Shown piece by piece: positions 36,610 to 50,598 of a stretch of DNA of 64,000 nucleotides (positions are counted from its first letter, which is position 1; each line of letters opens with the position of its first letter). Location of the stretch: assembly GCA_038087875.1 (NCBI GenBank), contig CM075991.1, positions 11,348,001-11,412,000 on the forward strand. The letters are read 5' to 3'. A model generated the notes under the pieces. That model had not been told where the DNA came from, made no database searches, and saw only the letters and a list, made by a program, of their open reading frames with translations. The DNA comes from Malacoraja senta (taxonomy: Eukaryota). The position numbers were made by a program, and so were the translations under genes.

Positions 36610-37340
36610 CACAGTTGTTGGACGAATTATGGATGATCACGAGTCAGAGTATAGGAGAGAGATCGATCGACTGACTGAATGGTGCCAGAACATCAACCTT
36701 GCTCTCCATGTCGGTAATACCAAGGAGCTAATTGTAGATTTTAGAAGCGGAAGGCCGAGGATCTACATCGACGGGACTTTGGTGGAGAGAGTCAAAAGCC
36801 TTGTATTCCTGGGCGTGAAGATCTGTCCTGGACCCAGCACATTGATGCAACACCTCTACCTCCCTGGAAGATTGAGGAGATTCGGTATGTTGATGGATAC
36901 TGTCTTGAACTTCTACAAATGTATGGTAGTGAGCATATTGTCTGGTTGCACCAAGTCCTGGTTTGGCAATTCAACAAAGAAGAAGGTGTAGAGTGGTGAA
37001 CACTGCCCAGTCCATCACGGCTACTAAACTCCCCACCGTCAAAGGGATCTACGGGAGTCCCTGCCTCAAAAACGCAGCCGGCGTCATCAGAGACCAATGT
37101 CACCCTGGCCATGCTTTTAGTTTACTCCTGCCATCGGGAAGAAGGTACAGGAGCCTGAAAACTGTAACGTCTAGGTTCAGGAACAGCTTCTTCCCAATAA
37201 CCATCAGGCAATTAAATACCACAACCTCCAACAAAGCTCCAACTGCATTCACCTGGGGACCATTGCTTTCGTCTTTGCACTATTGTTTGTTTTTTATATG
37301 AAGAACTTTTTTGTTGTTTATTTCGTGTTTGCTGGGTACT
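36610..37340 (+). mobile_element. Rex1/Babar-like LINE fragment (3' UTR appears to resume at ~41220-41298)
   Basis: ESEYRREIDRLTEWCQNINLAL..TKELIVDFR; LLPSGRRYRSLK. Confidence 0.8.
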
Positions 37341-40300
37341 ATAATAATAATAATACATTTTATTTGTATAGCGCTTTTCAAGGACTCAAAGTCGCTTTAC
37401 ATGGAGAGTCAAGAACAAAACAAAATAGAGCAGTAAGACAGAGATGCAAAGGGGAGGGGGACATGGGACTAAGGGTATGCAGAGGTGAAGAGATGGGTCT
37501 TGAGGCGGGACTGGAGGATGGTGAGGGACTCAGAATTTCGGATCAATTGTGGGAGGGAGTTCCAGAGCCTGGGAGCTGCCCTGGAGAAGGCTCTGTTTCC
37601 AAAAGTGCAGAGGTTGGATTTCGGAATGGAGAGGAGACCGGCTGATGTGGATCTGATGGACCGTGAGGGTTGGTAGGGGGAGAGGAGGTCAGTGAGATAA
37701 GGGGGGGCCAAGTGGTTGAGGGCTTTGTAGGTGAGGACCAGGATTTTGTAGATGATCCGGTGGGAAATGGGAAGCCAGTGAAGTTCTTTGAGAACTGGGG
37801 TGATGTGGTGCCAGGATTTGGTGTGGGTGATGAGTCGGGCGGCTGCATTCTGGACCAGTTGGAGTCGGTTGATGTTGCTGGAATTAATGCCAAAGAGAAG
37901 AGAGTTACAGTAGTCCAGTCGGGAGGAGATGAAGGCATGGATGAGTCAGCAGCGGGGGGTGTGTGAGAGGGTCTGATTTTGGCAATGTTGCGGAGGTGAA
38001 AAAATGATGTTTTGACAACATGGCGGATGTGAGGCTCAAGGGAGAGGGTTGAGTCAAAGATCACGCCAAGGTTGCGGGCCTGAGGAGATGGGGAGACAGT
38101 GGTGCCGTCAATAGTGAGAGTGGGGTTGTTAATTTTGGTAAGTCTTGATTTGGAGCCAATGAGGAGAAATTCTGTTTTGTTACTGTTTAATTTAAGGAAG
38201 TTGAGTTGCATCCAAGATTTGATGGCTGACAGGCAGGAGTTGATATGGGAGAGAGGGGGGTGGTGGGGGGACTTGGTGCTGAGATAGATCTGGGTGTCAT
38301 CAGCATAGCAATGGAAGTCCAGGTTGAAGTGACGGAGTATATGACCAAGGGGGAGGATGTAGATGATGAAGAGGAGGGGACCGAGAAGGGAGCCTTGGGG
38401 AACGCCTTGAGTGACAGTGGCTGTGGCAGAGGTGTGGTTATGGAGAGAGATGAAGTGGGATCGGTTGGAAAGGTAGGAACGGAGCCAGCTGAGTGCAGAA
38501 CCTTCAATGCCAAGGTCCCTAAGTCTGGTGAGCAGGATGTTATGGTTCACGGTATCAAAGGCTGCACTCAGGTCGAGGAGGATGAGGATGTTGAGGGAAC
38601 CAGTGTCAGCAGAGGTGAGGAGGTCGTTGAGGACTTTGAGGAGAGCAGGGTCTGTGCTATGGAGGGGGCGAAAGCCAGATTAGAGGTGTTCGAATAGGTT
38701 ACACGCGAGGAGGTGGGAATGAAGTTGTGACGCGACGATACGCTCCAGGGTTTTTGAAAGAAAGGGGAGGTTTGAGATAGGGCGGTAGTTAATGAGAGAG
38801 GAGGGATCAAGACCAGGTTTCTTTAAGATTGGTGTGACAGCAGCAGTTTTGAAAGCAGAGGGGACAATTCCTTGGGACAATGAGGAGTTGAAGAGATTAG
38901 TGAGGTAGGGGCAGAGAGCGGGGAGGCAGGACTTCAGCAGGGGAGTGCGGAGAGGGTCGAGGGAGCAGGTAGTGGGTTTGGAAGAGCTGATGAGTTTGGA
39001 GATTTCAGTAGGGGTGACCGGGTCAAACTGGGAGAGGAAGCAGTGTGGAGGAGGGGTAAGGAGGTCAGTGGAGATGTTGAAAGGAGGGGCCTTGGTAGGT
39101 GGTGGAGTAGATGCTGGGGAGTCGGGTACAGGGGATAAAGATTGATAGATGGTGCTGATTTTGTCAGCGAGAAAGTGGAGGAATGAGTTGCAGAGATCCG
39201 GAGTGGAGGTAGGGAGAGTGTTGGCTCGAGGCTTGAGGAGGTTGGACACTGTGGAGAAGAGGGTTCTGTGGTTTAGGCAGGGGTCGGTGAATATGGAGGA
39301 GAGGTAGGCAGATTTAGCAGCAATGAGGGCATCTTTGTAGGCAGTGAGGTGGAGTTTGTAAGCTTCATGGTGGACTGTGAGAGATGATTTCTTTATGAGT
39401 CGTTCAAGTCGGCGACCAGTCTGTTTCAGCTTACGAAGTGCAGGTGTGTACCAGGGTGAAGATTTATTAAACGTTACGGTTCTTGTTTTGAGGGGGGCCA
39501 GAGTGTTAAGGGAGGTAGACAAGGTGGAATTGAGATGGTTTGTGAGATCATCAGGTGAGATGTGGGTTGAGTCCAGGGGGAGAGTGGTGGAGAGCAGGTC
39601 AGAGAGATGGTGGGGGTCGATGGATTTTAGATTACGGAAGGTGATTTCTCGGAGGAAGCGGGGGCGAGGTGTCGGAGAAGGGATGGTGAACCGTATAAGC
39701 TTATGATCAGAGAGGGGGAAGAGGCATGGATGGAGGTCGAGTACCGGTTGATTTGTGGAGCAGACCAGGTCAAGGATGTGACCTTTGTCATGAGTGGGAA
39801 AGGTGACGTGCTGAGTGAGAGAGAAGTTGTCAAGTAAAAAAGCGAATTCAGATGCGAGCTTGCAGGTGGGGGAGTCCATATGAATATTTAAGTCACCAAG
39901 TAGCAGCAGACGTGGGGAGAGAGATAAGGCAAGTGTGAGGAGTTCAGTGAAGTCAGATAGGAAGGAGGGGTTTGGTTTAGGTGGCCGGTAAATGAGGATG
40001 ACTGTCATGGAGGAAAGGGCTTTGAAGGCAAGGAATTCAAATGATGCTACTGGGGAGAGGGGGAGTTCAGCGATCGGAAAGTTCTGGTTGAAAATAATAG
40101 CGAGGCCACCTCCATGGCGGGAGGGGCGGGGTTTGGAGATATAATTAAATCCAGATGGGGATGCTTGATTGAGGGAGAAAAAGACATTGGGTTGTTGCCA
40201 GGTTTCAGTGAGCAGAAGGAAGTCAAGAGTGTTGTCAAGGATTAGTTCATGGAGGGCAAGGGCTTTGTTGTTGAGCGACCGGGTGTTGAGGAGGGCAAAG

Positions 40301-41219
40301 TTGGCATTGTGAGAGGGTGGAGGGATGGGGGCAGGCTGGAGAGATCTGAGGTTGTCCCAGTTGACAGTGCATGTGGCCAGCTGGGATGGGGGGTGACGCG
40401 GTTGAGGGGGGGCAGAGCGTGGTAGTGAGCAGATGGATGGAATGGAATGTCCGTGGCCGAAGCAAACAAGCTTGCGTCGAGAGCCTCTGTGGATGTAACG
40501 GGGTCGACGCAGAAGTCCAAACTGTTTAATGACTGGGATGCAGGATGGGATGTAATTGTTGAAGAGACCAGTCAGCCGCAGAGCCGAGTATTTGAGCATG
40601 ATGAGGAGCCCGAGCAACTGCAGGAAGCAGCAGAGAGGTTGTCCAGCAGCGAGGGCGCAGAGAGGCCGTCCAGCGGTGCGGGTGGAGAGAGTATCCAGCG
40701 GTGAGGGAGCAGAGAGGCCGTCCAATGGAGTGGGTGCAGCGAGGTGACCAGCAGTGCAGGTGCAGAGAGGCCGTCCAGCAACGCAGGTGCAGGGGCCGTC
40801 CAGCGGGGCAGGTGCAGAGAGGCTGTCCAGGGTGCGGGTGCAGATGCCGTCCAGCGTTGCTGGTGCAGGGAGGTGTCCAGCGTCGGTGGTGCACAGACAG
40901 GTAACAGACAGGTTACAAAAGAGGGGGGGGGGGAATGGCGGGCTGAGAAGCGGCAAACAGTCAACGCCAGCGTCCTCTCCGGGCAGCGTGCAGGGTTCTA
41001 GCGGCTAGCGATGTAGGCCGCTGTCAGCTGAAGATCGTTCCACGGCCACGGCCAGAAACGCCGCAGACCACCGCAATCGGAGCGACCCTCCAGTGGTCCT
41101 CGTCGGGTGGTAGGTCCAGGCCTCGTCCGAGGTGGAAATTTACCGCAGTCGGCAATTGAAGCCGACTCGCTATAAGGAGTCGTTGTCATTCGAATCTGCT
41201 TCCACCGCTGCCATTTTGC
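37341..41219 (-). mobile_element. Full-length L2-clade LINE (APE endonuclease + RT), near intact
   Basis: ORF from ~40599 (LLNTRSL, LTETW, GDLN, SDH; QGVPQGS, YADD) to 37469; one TAA at 38680 and one frameshift at ~37946; L2 3' tail + (TAT)n. Confidence 0.93.
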
Positions 41220-41299
41220 CAATGTGTGAATGTTTACATATCTGGTGTGCTGCTGCAAGTAAGGATTTCATTGTTATGTTTGGAACATTTGGCAATAAC

Positions 41300-41731
41300 C
41301 TCCTCAGCAGAGAAGGTTATTGGCTGCAACCTTCCCTCCATTGATGAATTGTACACTGCAAGGGCCAGGAAGCGAGCGGGCAAGATCATCTCTGACCCCT
41401 CTCACCCTGGCCACAAACTCTTTGAATCACTTCCCTCTGGAAGGCGACTCCGGACTGTCAAAGCTGCCACAGCCAGACATAAAAACAGTTTTTATCCACG
41501 AGTAGTTGCTCTACTCAACAGCCAAAAATCTGTAGCCTCCCTTTGATCTGGTATTTTGTTGGTTCACGTGCTTGATCAATGGTGTTTATCATTAATGTTT
41601 TATTATTATTAATGTTTAGTGTTTTCTGAGTCATTCGTAACTGTCACTGCATGTCATGTTGTTACTTGTGGGTGGAGCACCAAGGCAAATTCCTTGTATG
41701 TGAATACCTGGCCAATAAACTTACTTACTTA
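41300..41731 (+). mobile_element. Rex1/Babar-like 3' fragment (second subfamily; another copy ~43860-44170)
   Basis: SAEKVIGCNLPSIDELY..DPSHPGHKLFESLPSGRRLR; (CTTA)n tail. Confidence 0.8.
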
Positions 41732-43049
41732 AAACACTTTTGACTCCTAGAGGGCACAGGTTTATGGTGAGTGGGGAAAGATTTAATAGGAACCTGAGAA
41801 TCAACGTTTTGACCAAGAGGGCAGTGATTATATGGAACGAGCTGCCAGAGGAAGAGGTTGAGTCAGATACAATAACAACATTTATCAGATATTTGGACAG
41901 GTACATACAGTAGATTGGAAAGGTTGAGAGGGAAATGGGCCAAGTGCAGGCAAATGGCTTGTTTAGATGGGGCATCTTGGTCGGTATGGACGACTTGGGC
42001 CAAAGGGGCTGTCCCGTGCTCTATGACTATGAATCTATCTGTTCCAGTATCTGGTCACAGGACCAACACACCCATTTGTTTTGCAATTTGGGGAAAGTTA
42101 ACGGATAAATTCAGTCTTACAGCAAAATTCAATGCTTCTATTCAAGTGGAATTTTAACTATTGTTGGATGTAACTGTACTTTAAAATTGGTACAAAGCTC
42201 CCAACTAATGCGCAAGCATGTCTATTACTCAGATAAAATGCAGATTTTATTGAAAAAATGGATTTACAAAGAGAAGTTTACAATAAAATTGCTAGACTAT
42301 GTCATTTGAGAGCCGGCAACCTTTCCTCAATTGGTCTTATATTGATCATGACCTAAATTGTTTGTCCCACGTGTAAACATTAGCTCTCTCAGCAAGCTAA
42401 TGTAACGTAACAGTGGCATCATGATTCGGCAGATCACTGCTGGAGATTGATCCTATGCCACTACAAGAGTGCATTCTGAAACTGAAATTTCATTAACTCC
42501 TACAGAGCATGCAAAATCTCATTACAGACATGCAGAGAGCACTGAAATCTCATTGCCTTATGCTGCAGACACCAACTGTAGGCAGTGCACACTGAAATCT
42601 TAATATAGGCAAGCCTTGCACCAAATCTCACAACCTCATGTTTGAATCGTGTGTGTCTCATGCTAAGGTGGGCGATTAGGGATGGGACCTAAATGTTGCC
42701 TTGCCAGTAATGTCTAAAGCACCAAAACAAAAAAAACTTGCAACGCAATCTTCACTCGATGTTCCAAAGCATTTGGCAATCAGTAAATTCCATTTTTGTG
42801 ATGTTTAGGCAGATGTAGAAGCCTAAACTGTTCAATCAGCCTATCTGTATACGGCAGCTTTTGCTGAGAGAGAACTAAATTTTGCCACGCCGATGTGTTA
42901 ACTCTTCTTCAGAGCTGAAGGAATGATCGTTGCAATTATCTGTCCATTTAGGATATTTGTTTATTATTTCATCTGAACTTCCAACTGCAGAACTTGATTT
43001 TTTTTCTGCACCATGCACACCCTCCAAAAAAGTATCAGTACTGTACTGG

Positions 43050-43568
43050 GCCTACGCGATCTCCCATTTACTACACACTTTAACGCCCCCTCCCATTCCC
43101 ATACTGACCTTTCTGTCCTGGGCCTCCTCCACTGTCAGAGTGAGGCCCAGCACAAATTGGAGGAACAGCACCTTATATTTTGCCTGGGCAGCTTACAACC
43201 CAGCAGAATTAATATTGATTTCTCTAACTTCAAGTAAGCCTTGCTTTCCCTCTCTCTCCGTCCCTCCCCACCCTAGTTCTTCTACTAGTTTCACTGTCCT
43301 CCTTATTAATTTCACTGTATGCCTCGTTGTCACCTTCCCCTCAGCCAACAATTATACATTTCCTTGATAATCGTCTGATGTGTCCTTTTCACACCTTATG
43401 TGGTCTTTGTGCCCTTACATATCTGTATTTTTCTCTCCCCTGGCTCTCAGTCTGAAGAAGGGTCTCAACTAAAATTTCTTTGCAGAGATGCTGCCTGTCC
43501 CACTGAGTTACTGCAGTATTTTGTGTCCATCTTCGGTGTAAACCAGCGTCTGCAGTTCCTTTCCACAT
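43050..43568 (+). mobile_element. Penelope-like element 3' fragment
   Basis: HFNAPSHSHTDLSVLGLLHCQSEAQHKLEEQHLIFCLGSLQPSRINIDFSNFK then pseudo-LTR. Confidence 0.78.
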
Positions 43569-44403
43569 GAGTTGTCTTTGGTCTGGGTTGTCAGCCGATA
43601 GCTCCAAGGAAGAAGAATGGTAACGGCTACCAGTATTTAGGAAAATTCCTGACCACGAGGTGGCTCAGATACTAAAACATGCCTTTGGGTTGCTCTTACC
43701 TGCGGTTTAATAAGGTGGAGATAATGGAAAGTCATTAATGCACATCACAGCTCTTCCATAATTTATTTTGTATCAGCGGAGCAAATTACTGCTGGCACAG
43801 AAAATACAAGCTCTTTTCTGATTATGTGCAACAATCCAACACATTTATGTCCAGCAATCCAAACTCTTTGAATCACTTCCCTCTGGAAGGCGACTCCGGA
43901 CTGTCAACGCTGCCACATCCAGACATACTCGTGCTTTTTTCCCACGAGTAGTAGCTCGACTCAATAACCAAAAATTTGTAGCCTCCTTTTGCTCTGGTAT
44001 TTTATTTAATTCACATGTTTAATCAATAATGTTTTATTATTAATGTTTAATGTTTTATGTGTCATTCGTAACTGTCACTGTATGTCATGATGTCACTTGC
44101 GGGCAGAGCACCAAGGCAAATTCCTTGTATGTGAATATACTTGGCCAATAAACTTATTCATTAATTCATTTCATATAAATCCTAGCACATTTCATATATC
44201 GAAGATAGACACAAAATCCTTGAGTAACTCAGCGGGACAGACAGCATCTCTGGATAGAAGGAATGGATGACGTTTTGGGTCGAGACCTTTTCTTCAGACA
44301 CTTCATATCCTTCACACTTCATATAAATCGTTTAATTTATGTTAGCCTAATCCTGGTTATAGTCTACATTGTCCTTTAGTAACCATCATATTTATTGTTG
44401 CAG

Positions 44404-44550
44404 AGTTTAGCCCAGCTAGAGATACTTTGTAAACAGCTGTATGAAACCACTGACACGGCCACGCGACTACAGGCGGAGAAGGCCCTGGTTGAATTCACCA
44501 ACAGCCCAGACTGCCTGAGTAAATGCCAACTACTCCTAGAGAGAGGAAGT
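44404..44550 (+). CDS. XPO7: Exportin-7 exon 2
   Basis: [49 protein letters not shown]; cag/gtaagt. Confidence 0.96.
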
Positions 44551-45299
44551 GTAAGTACCATTGACGCTTGACTACATATTCCAGCAGTTTGTAGATAGTT
44601 TAAATAGTATGTAGTATAATAGTATATTGTAGATAGTTTAAATAATTCCAGATGTTGGGGGAGTCCAGAACCGGGGCCACAGTTTAAGAATAAGGGGTAA
44701 ACCATTTAGAACAGAGATGAGGAAAAACATTTTCACACAATCTGTGTGAATCTGTGGAATTCTCTGCCTCAGAAGGCAGTGAAGGCCATTTTTCTGGATG
44801 CTTTCAAGAGAGAGTTAGATAGAGCTCTTAAAGATAGCGGAGTCAAGGGATATGGGGAGAAGGCAGAAACGGGGTACTGATTGGGGATGATCAGCCATGA
44901 TCACAGTGAATGCGGTGCTGGCTCGAAGGGCCGAATGGCCTACTCCTGCACCTATTGTCTATTGTGTACAAAAGTACAAAATAACGTGTTTTGTTGTGAA
45001 ATGATCATTCACTCAACCTTCATAAGATTTTTCCTTGTTTTATCACCTTTCTTGGTTGGCATTAATATGGAGAACTTCTCAGGAGAACATAGATAGGTGA
45101 CATTTTGGGTCGAGACCCTTCGTCTGACTGATTGTAGGTGGGGGGAGCTGGAAAAGGTTTTCCAGCTTTTTTCGAGTCTTATACAAATATAGCCAGCAGT
45201 ATTTCATACATTGCTAGTTCATTGACAATAATGTAACGCTCTAAGAAATGATTCTTTAAAAAAAAATCTTTCTGAAATCTTCCTCTGGTTGTTTTCCAG

Positions 45300-45393
45300 T
45301 CATCGTATTCACAGTTGCTGGCAGCAACCTGCCTTACAAAGCTTGTCTCGCGAACAAATAACCCTTTGCCTTTAGAACAACGTACAGACATAC
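45300..45393 (+). CDS. XPO7: Exportin-7 exon 3
   Basis: [31 protein letters not shown]; canonical splice sites. Confidence 0.96.
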
Positions 45394-45689
45394 GTAAGTA
45401 AAGATTGTGACTTTATTTTTTCTACTTAAGAGACACCATGAAATCATACGATCTGTTCAAAATATTCCACATGAGTTAAGATTGGTTTCCTGCAGATAGT
45501 GGTAATTTGCAAATATTTATGTTCTCCAGAATTACCTTACTGATGAGCTCTTGCTGCTGATTCGGGGATTCCAGGGATCATTTTAAAGTACTGACAGATT
45601 TTTAGGTTCAGGGCATACTGTAAAAATACTGAAAAATGCGCTGTTAAGGGAGGGCTGGGCTCCAGGGTGTAGTTTCTGTCAGGTGAGAA

Positions 45690-45905
45690 GTCACGGTGGA
45701 GCAGCGGTAGAGTTGCTGCCTTACAGCAAAAAATGCAGCGCCAGAGACCCGGGTTCGATCCCGACTACGGGTGCTGTCTGTATGGAGTTTGTACTTTCTC
45801 CCCGTGATCTGCGTGGGTTTTCTCCGAGATCTTCGGTTTCCTCCCACACTCCAAAGACGTACAGGTTTGTAGTTAATTGGCTTGATAAAAATGTAAAATT
45901 GTCCA
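45690..45905 (+). mobile_element. HE1-like V-SINE (further copies ~2340, 7330, 32450, 48295, 52840, 59090)
   Basis: A-box GGTGGAGCAGCGG, B-box GGTTCGATCCC, V-domain. Confidence 0.85.
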
Positions 45906-47429
45906 AGTTGGCGATATGCAGAGTACTGCCCTGCCGACTACAAAATTCAGAAGGTATAGAATGGTTTGGTATGTCCGTCATGCCATATTTGTTGAATAAG
46001 ACACAGAACCAATTTCTTGCTAATTTCCCTTGGGAAAGGGAATTTTTTTTGCCTTCAAAAGTTGAGGACAGAGTTGGTGAGCGGACATTTTGAGAGAAGG
46101 CATTTTTTTTTAAATCGGCAGGAGAGAAGGCTGTGTTTTGATTGAAATAATGTTACGTATTGTGTGCAGCTCTGCACGCTCTGCTGTAGAAAGCATGCCT
46201 TTAAGCTGGAATGGGTGCAGGAAACCTCCACCAGGATGTAACCAAGTCCCGAGGGCTTGAGTTATTGGGAAAGGCTGGACCCTTTCCTGCCTTGAAAGGC
46301 TGGATATTTTCCCAGAGCATAGAAGGTTGAGAGGTTACTTACATAGAGGCGCATAGGTAAAGAAGATGGGCACCCTCTTTCCCAGGGTAAGGATGTCTAA
46401 AACTTGAGACCATAGGTTTAAGGTGAGAGGGGAAAGATTTGAAAGAGACCTGAAGGGAAGCTATTTCACACAGAGGGTGGTGGGTATATGGAGCGATCTT
46501 CCAGAGGAAGCAGTGGAGGTAGTTACAATTACAATGTTCAAAAGACATTTGGAGAGATATGTAGATAGAAGCAGTCCAGAGAGATATGGACCAAACACAG
46601 GCAGATGGGACTAGCTCAGATAGACATTTTGGCCTGCAAGGATGTGTTGAACCGATGAGCCTATTTCCGTGCTTATAACTCTCTGCCCCCATTTGCCCTT
46701 CTAATTTATTGTAAAGTGCTCTCCAATGCTTCATATACTCCCCTGTTTTTATTTCTCTATTCCTGCGATTTGCTTTTTATTTTGTTCATCCAAATCTTGA
46801 TATCATTTGTCATCCAAGATTCCTCGGACTTGCTGGCCATACATTTCACGCCTTGTGATCAAGTTAGGCCTGAAGTAAGAATTCCACCCTCTCTAGCTTT
46901 TCAACTATGACTCTCGGTAAATATTGTGAAAGTTATTACTGTCCTATTACTCTTGTATTTATGTGATCTATCAACATATTTGCACTCTTTCTCCTGCTGA
47001 CTGTTATTAGGCCTGCAGTATAACCCTAGTGACATGATGGCCTCCATCTTGTCCCTCAACTCTACCTATATGGCCTCCTTTGAGAACCTTCCAGGATGCC
47101 CTCCCTCTGGTATAATGGGCACCTTGATCAATTTACAGTGACACCTCTTTCACATTATCCTTGTCACGCCTGATAATTCCACACCTTGGAATGTTGCAAT
47201 GCCAGTTCTGCCGTCCTATCAAACATGTTTATGTGATAGCACAATATCATCATCCATGTGCTGATAAATGTTTGGAGTTCACCAGCCTGTATTGTAATGC
47301 CATTCACTTCAAATAAGATATTATTCGATGGTTTAGTCAGCAGTATGTTTTGTTTAGTTTTGAAGTCAGAAACAGTGCAATAATCCAGTTTGAAGTTCCA
47401 TTGCAAAACTTTGGGAACACTTCTGTATC

Positions 47430-47680
47430 AGTATTGTCATTGTTCAGATGAGACATTAAATTGAGACCCCTTCGGGTTTTTTTGTAGAGTTCTCTATTGC
47501 GCCTATTCAAGATTTAGTGTCCCTTTTATTGTTGGCCAAGAATTGTGCTCATGACATTTAATTGCGTCGATATTGTCTCCCATATTTCAAAGGTACACAT
47601 ACAATAAGGTGGAGAATAAAGTACTTCACTGTCTGTAAGGTGATTTGGGACATCCTCAGGTTGGGACAGGCTCTGAAGTT
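47430..47680 (+). mobile_element. Degenerate DeuSINE (SacSINE1/AmnSINE1-like)
   Basis: GATGAGACATTAAATTGAGACCCC and tail AAAGTACTTCACTGTCTGTAAGGTGATTTGGGACATCCT. Confidence 0.6.
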
Positions 47681-48840
47681 TGTACTTCCACGACAATACC
47701 AAATGCTGCAGGCAGCATCATGGGGGAAATACAGTCAATGGTTCATTCCAAGGACCCTTTATCAAAAAATTGAGATAACAAGTGTATGCTTTAATTTGGA
47801 GAGAGAGAGAAGGAGGGGTGGGGTGGAGAGAACAGAGGGACTGTCTGGTAAATTGCAAATTAGGTAGCAATTCACTTGCACTTTGTTTTTAATGCATTGT
47901 TTATGAAATTCAGAATGCAGTCTCTATAATGGACAAACCTAACGCAGGTTGACTGAGTGTTTATACTGATACCTCTGTCCATTTCACACATGCGACCCTG
48001 AGTTTCCTGTCACTCTCGTTCCTGTCTCCCTTTGACCTCTCTACCCCCCACCTCATACATTGCTCCAATTATGTTTAAATATATCTCGGAACAGCCAGCC
48101 TCTCATCTTCCATCTGGGCCTGTGGTGACCTTAAGAACATAATAAACAATTTCAGATAACCATCCTCCACTGTTGTGGCTGTACCTCTCTGTTTTAATTA
48201 TTTTCCTTTTTTATCTCTACCGTTTTTAATTACCAACTTTTCTAGCTGCTACTTGACGACCATGGTCTGTACTCTAATGCAGGATGCGGTTCTGTTTAGT
48301 TTAGTGTTACAGCACAAAAACAGGCCCTTCGGCCCACCGACCAGCGATCCCCGCACATTAACACTATCCTACACACACTATGGACAATTTACACTTACAC
48401 CAAGCCAATTAACCTACAAACCAGTATGTCTTTGTAGTGTGGGACGAAACCGAAGATCTCGGAGAAAACCCACGAGGTCACGGGGAGAACGTACAAACTC
48501 CGTATAGGCAGCACCTGCCGTCGGGATTGAACCTGGGTCTCCGGCGCTGTGAGGCAACAACTCTACCGCTGCGTCTCCGTGGCCGCCCTCTACCATGTTC
48601 ATTTTGCACTTGTTGTCAGTTCTGGTGAAGGGTCTTTGACCTGAAATATTGTCTCTGTTTTGTTTCTATGGATGTTCCTTGACCTGGTGAAGAGTTAAAA
48701 TGTTCTGTTTTTGTTTCACTTTCGAGCAACTGCAGTTTTTCTGTTCCCCGGTCTTTCATTAAATTGGATGATAAAGCCGCAATGGTTTTCATGTATGGTG
48801 CATAATTTAATTTATTTTCGCTTTCTTTTCTTGGCCTTAG

Positions 48841-49007
48841 GAAACTATGTCTTGAACTACTTGGCGACCAGACCAAAACTAGCAAGCTTTGTAACGCAAG
48901 CACTCATCCAACTCTTTGCCCGAATCACCAAACTGGGCTGGTTTGACTGCCAGAAGGAGGAGTATGTCTTTAGGAATGTCATTGCCGATGTCACAAGATT
49001 TTTGCAG
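48841..49007 (+). CDS. XPO7: Exportin-7 exon 4
   Basis: (R)[55 protein letters not shown]. Confidence 0.96.
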
Positions 49008-49359
49008 GTAGGGGTTGCCACAGTTAAGCATCATTATTGGGAATCTACTCTGTCTTCATAAATTGACAGTAGCCAAATTTATTGTCATAATGTCTCTTCA
49101 TCATTTCTTTTGGTGACAGTTTACAGGGAGAAGGTAGGAGAATGGAGTTGAGAGGGAAAGATAGATCAGGCATGATTGAATGGCAGAGTAGACTCAATGG
49201 GTGGAATGACCTAACTCTGCTCTTCTAACTTATGGTCTTATTTGTTTCCACTACCTCTGAAGCCTACATTGCTGGTCATGTAATCGAATTCTAGGAATGC
49301 ATTGTGCCTGATTCACCTGCTCGCCAATCCAACTAATCCCCAAACTAACATGCCTTTGG

Positions 49360-50108
49360 GGTCAAGTTGGGAAAAGGGGAAGTACAACGGGATCTGGGGG
49401 TCCTTGTTCATCAGTCTATGAAAGTAAGCATGCAGGTACAGCAGGCAGTGAAGAAAGCGAATGGCATGTTGGCCTTTATAACAAGAGGAGTCGAATATAG
49501 GAGCAAAGAGGTCCTTCTGCAGTTGTACAGGGCCCTAGTGAGACCACACCTGGAGTATTGTGTGCAGTTTTGGTCCCCTAATCTGAGGAAGGACATTCTT
49601 GCTATTGAGGGAGTGCAGCGTAGGTTTACAAGGTTAATTCCCGGGATGGGGGGACTGTCATATGCTGAGAGAATGGAGCGGCAGGGCTTGTATACTCTGG
49701 AGTTTAGAAGGATGAGAGGGTATCTCATTGAAACATATAAGATCGTTAAGGGTTTGGACACGCTAGAGGCAGGAAACATGTTCCCGATGTTGGGTAAGTC
49801 CAGAACCAGGGGCCACAGTTTAAGAATAAGGAGTAAGCCATTTAGAACAGAGACGAGGAAACACTTTTTCTCACAGAGAGTTGTGAGTCTGTGGAATTCT
49901 CTGCCTCAGAGGGCGGTGGAGGCAGGTTCTCTGGATGCTTTCAAGAGAGAGCTAGATCGGGCTCTTAAAAATAGCAGAGTCAGGGGATGGAGAGAAGGCA
50001 GGAATGGGGTACTGATTGGGGATGATCAGCCATGATCACATTGAATGGCGGTGCTGGCTCGAAGGGCCGAATGGCCTACTCCTGCACCTATTGTCTATTG
50101 TCTATTGG
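49360..50108 (+). mobile_element. CR1 LINE 3' fragment
   Basis: 222-aa ORF EVQRDLGVLVHQSMKVSMQVQQAVKKANG... Confidence 0.93.
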
Positions 50109-50532
50109 AATGTCGGAGGGATCCGGAGCACCCAGAAGAAACCTGTACAGTCTACTGGAGAATGTGCATCTCCACACTGCAGGTACCTGTCAGACATGTG
50201 TAGCTCCACACTGACAACGATCCAGGTTGGATCAATACCTGGGTTGTTGGAGCTGTGAGACTAAGTTTATCACTGTGTCATTGTGCTTGATGCCTGATTC
50301 CATTTTTGAGTCCAAATGGCCAGGAAACCCAGTCTGATCTTTTGCGTCATGCTTATGTCCTGCAGAGCAAAATTCTCCCCTCTGCTGCTCAGTGTAGATT
50401 TTGAAGGAGGCAGAGATGTTGGATTAATGAGGCTTAAATGTCATGGATAAATTGTTGATAATTACGCTTATTATTGCTTCAGGGAAATCAGGAGGAGAAA
50501 GTAACCAATGTTGTTTCTGTGCTTGTCCACAG

Positions 50533-50598
50533 GACAGTGTTGAGCACTGTATTATAGGAGTCATGATTCTTTCCCAGTTAACGAATGAAATAAACCAG
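50533..50598 (+). CDS. XPO7: Exportin-7 exon 5
   Basis: [22 protein letters not shown]; cag/gtgagt. Confidence 0.95.

Noticed and set aside
42465..42635. Weak recurrence of GCACTGAAATCTCATT
   Set aside because: Too degenerate and irregular to call more than a decayed minisatellite.
45693..45770. tRNA-like A/B boxes
   Set aside because: Head of an HE1-like SINE; no full cloverleaf.
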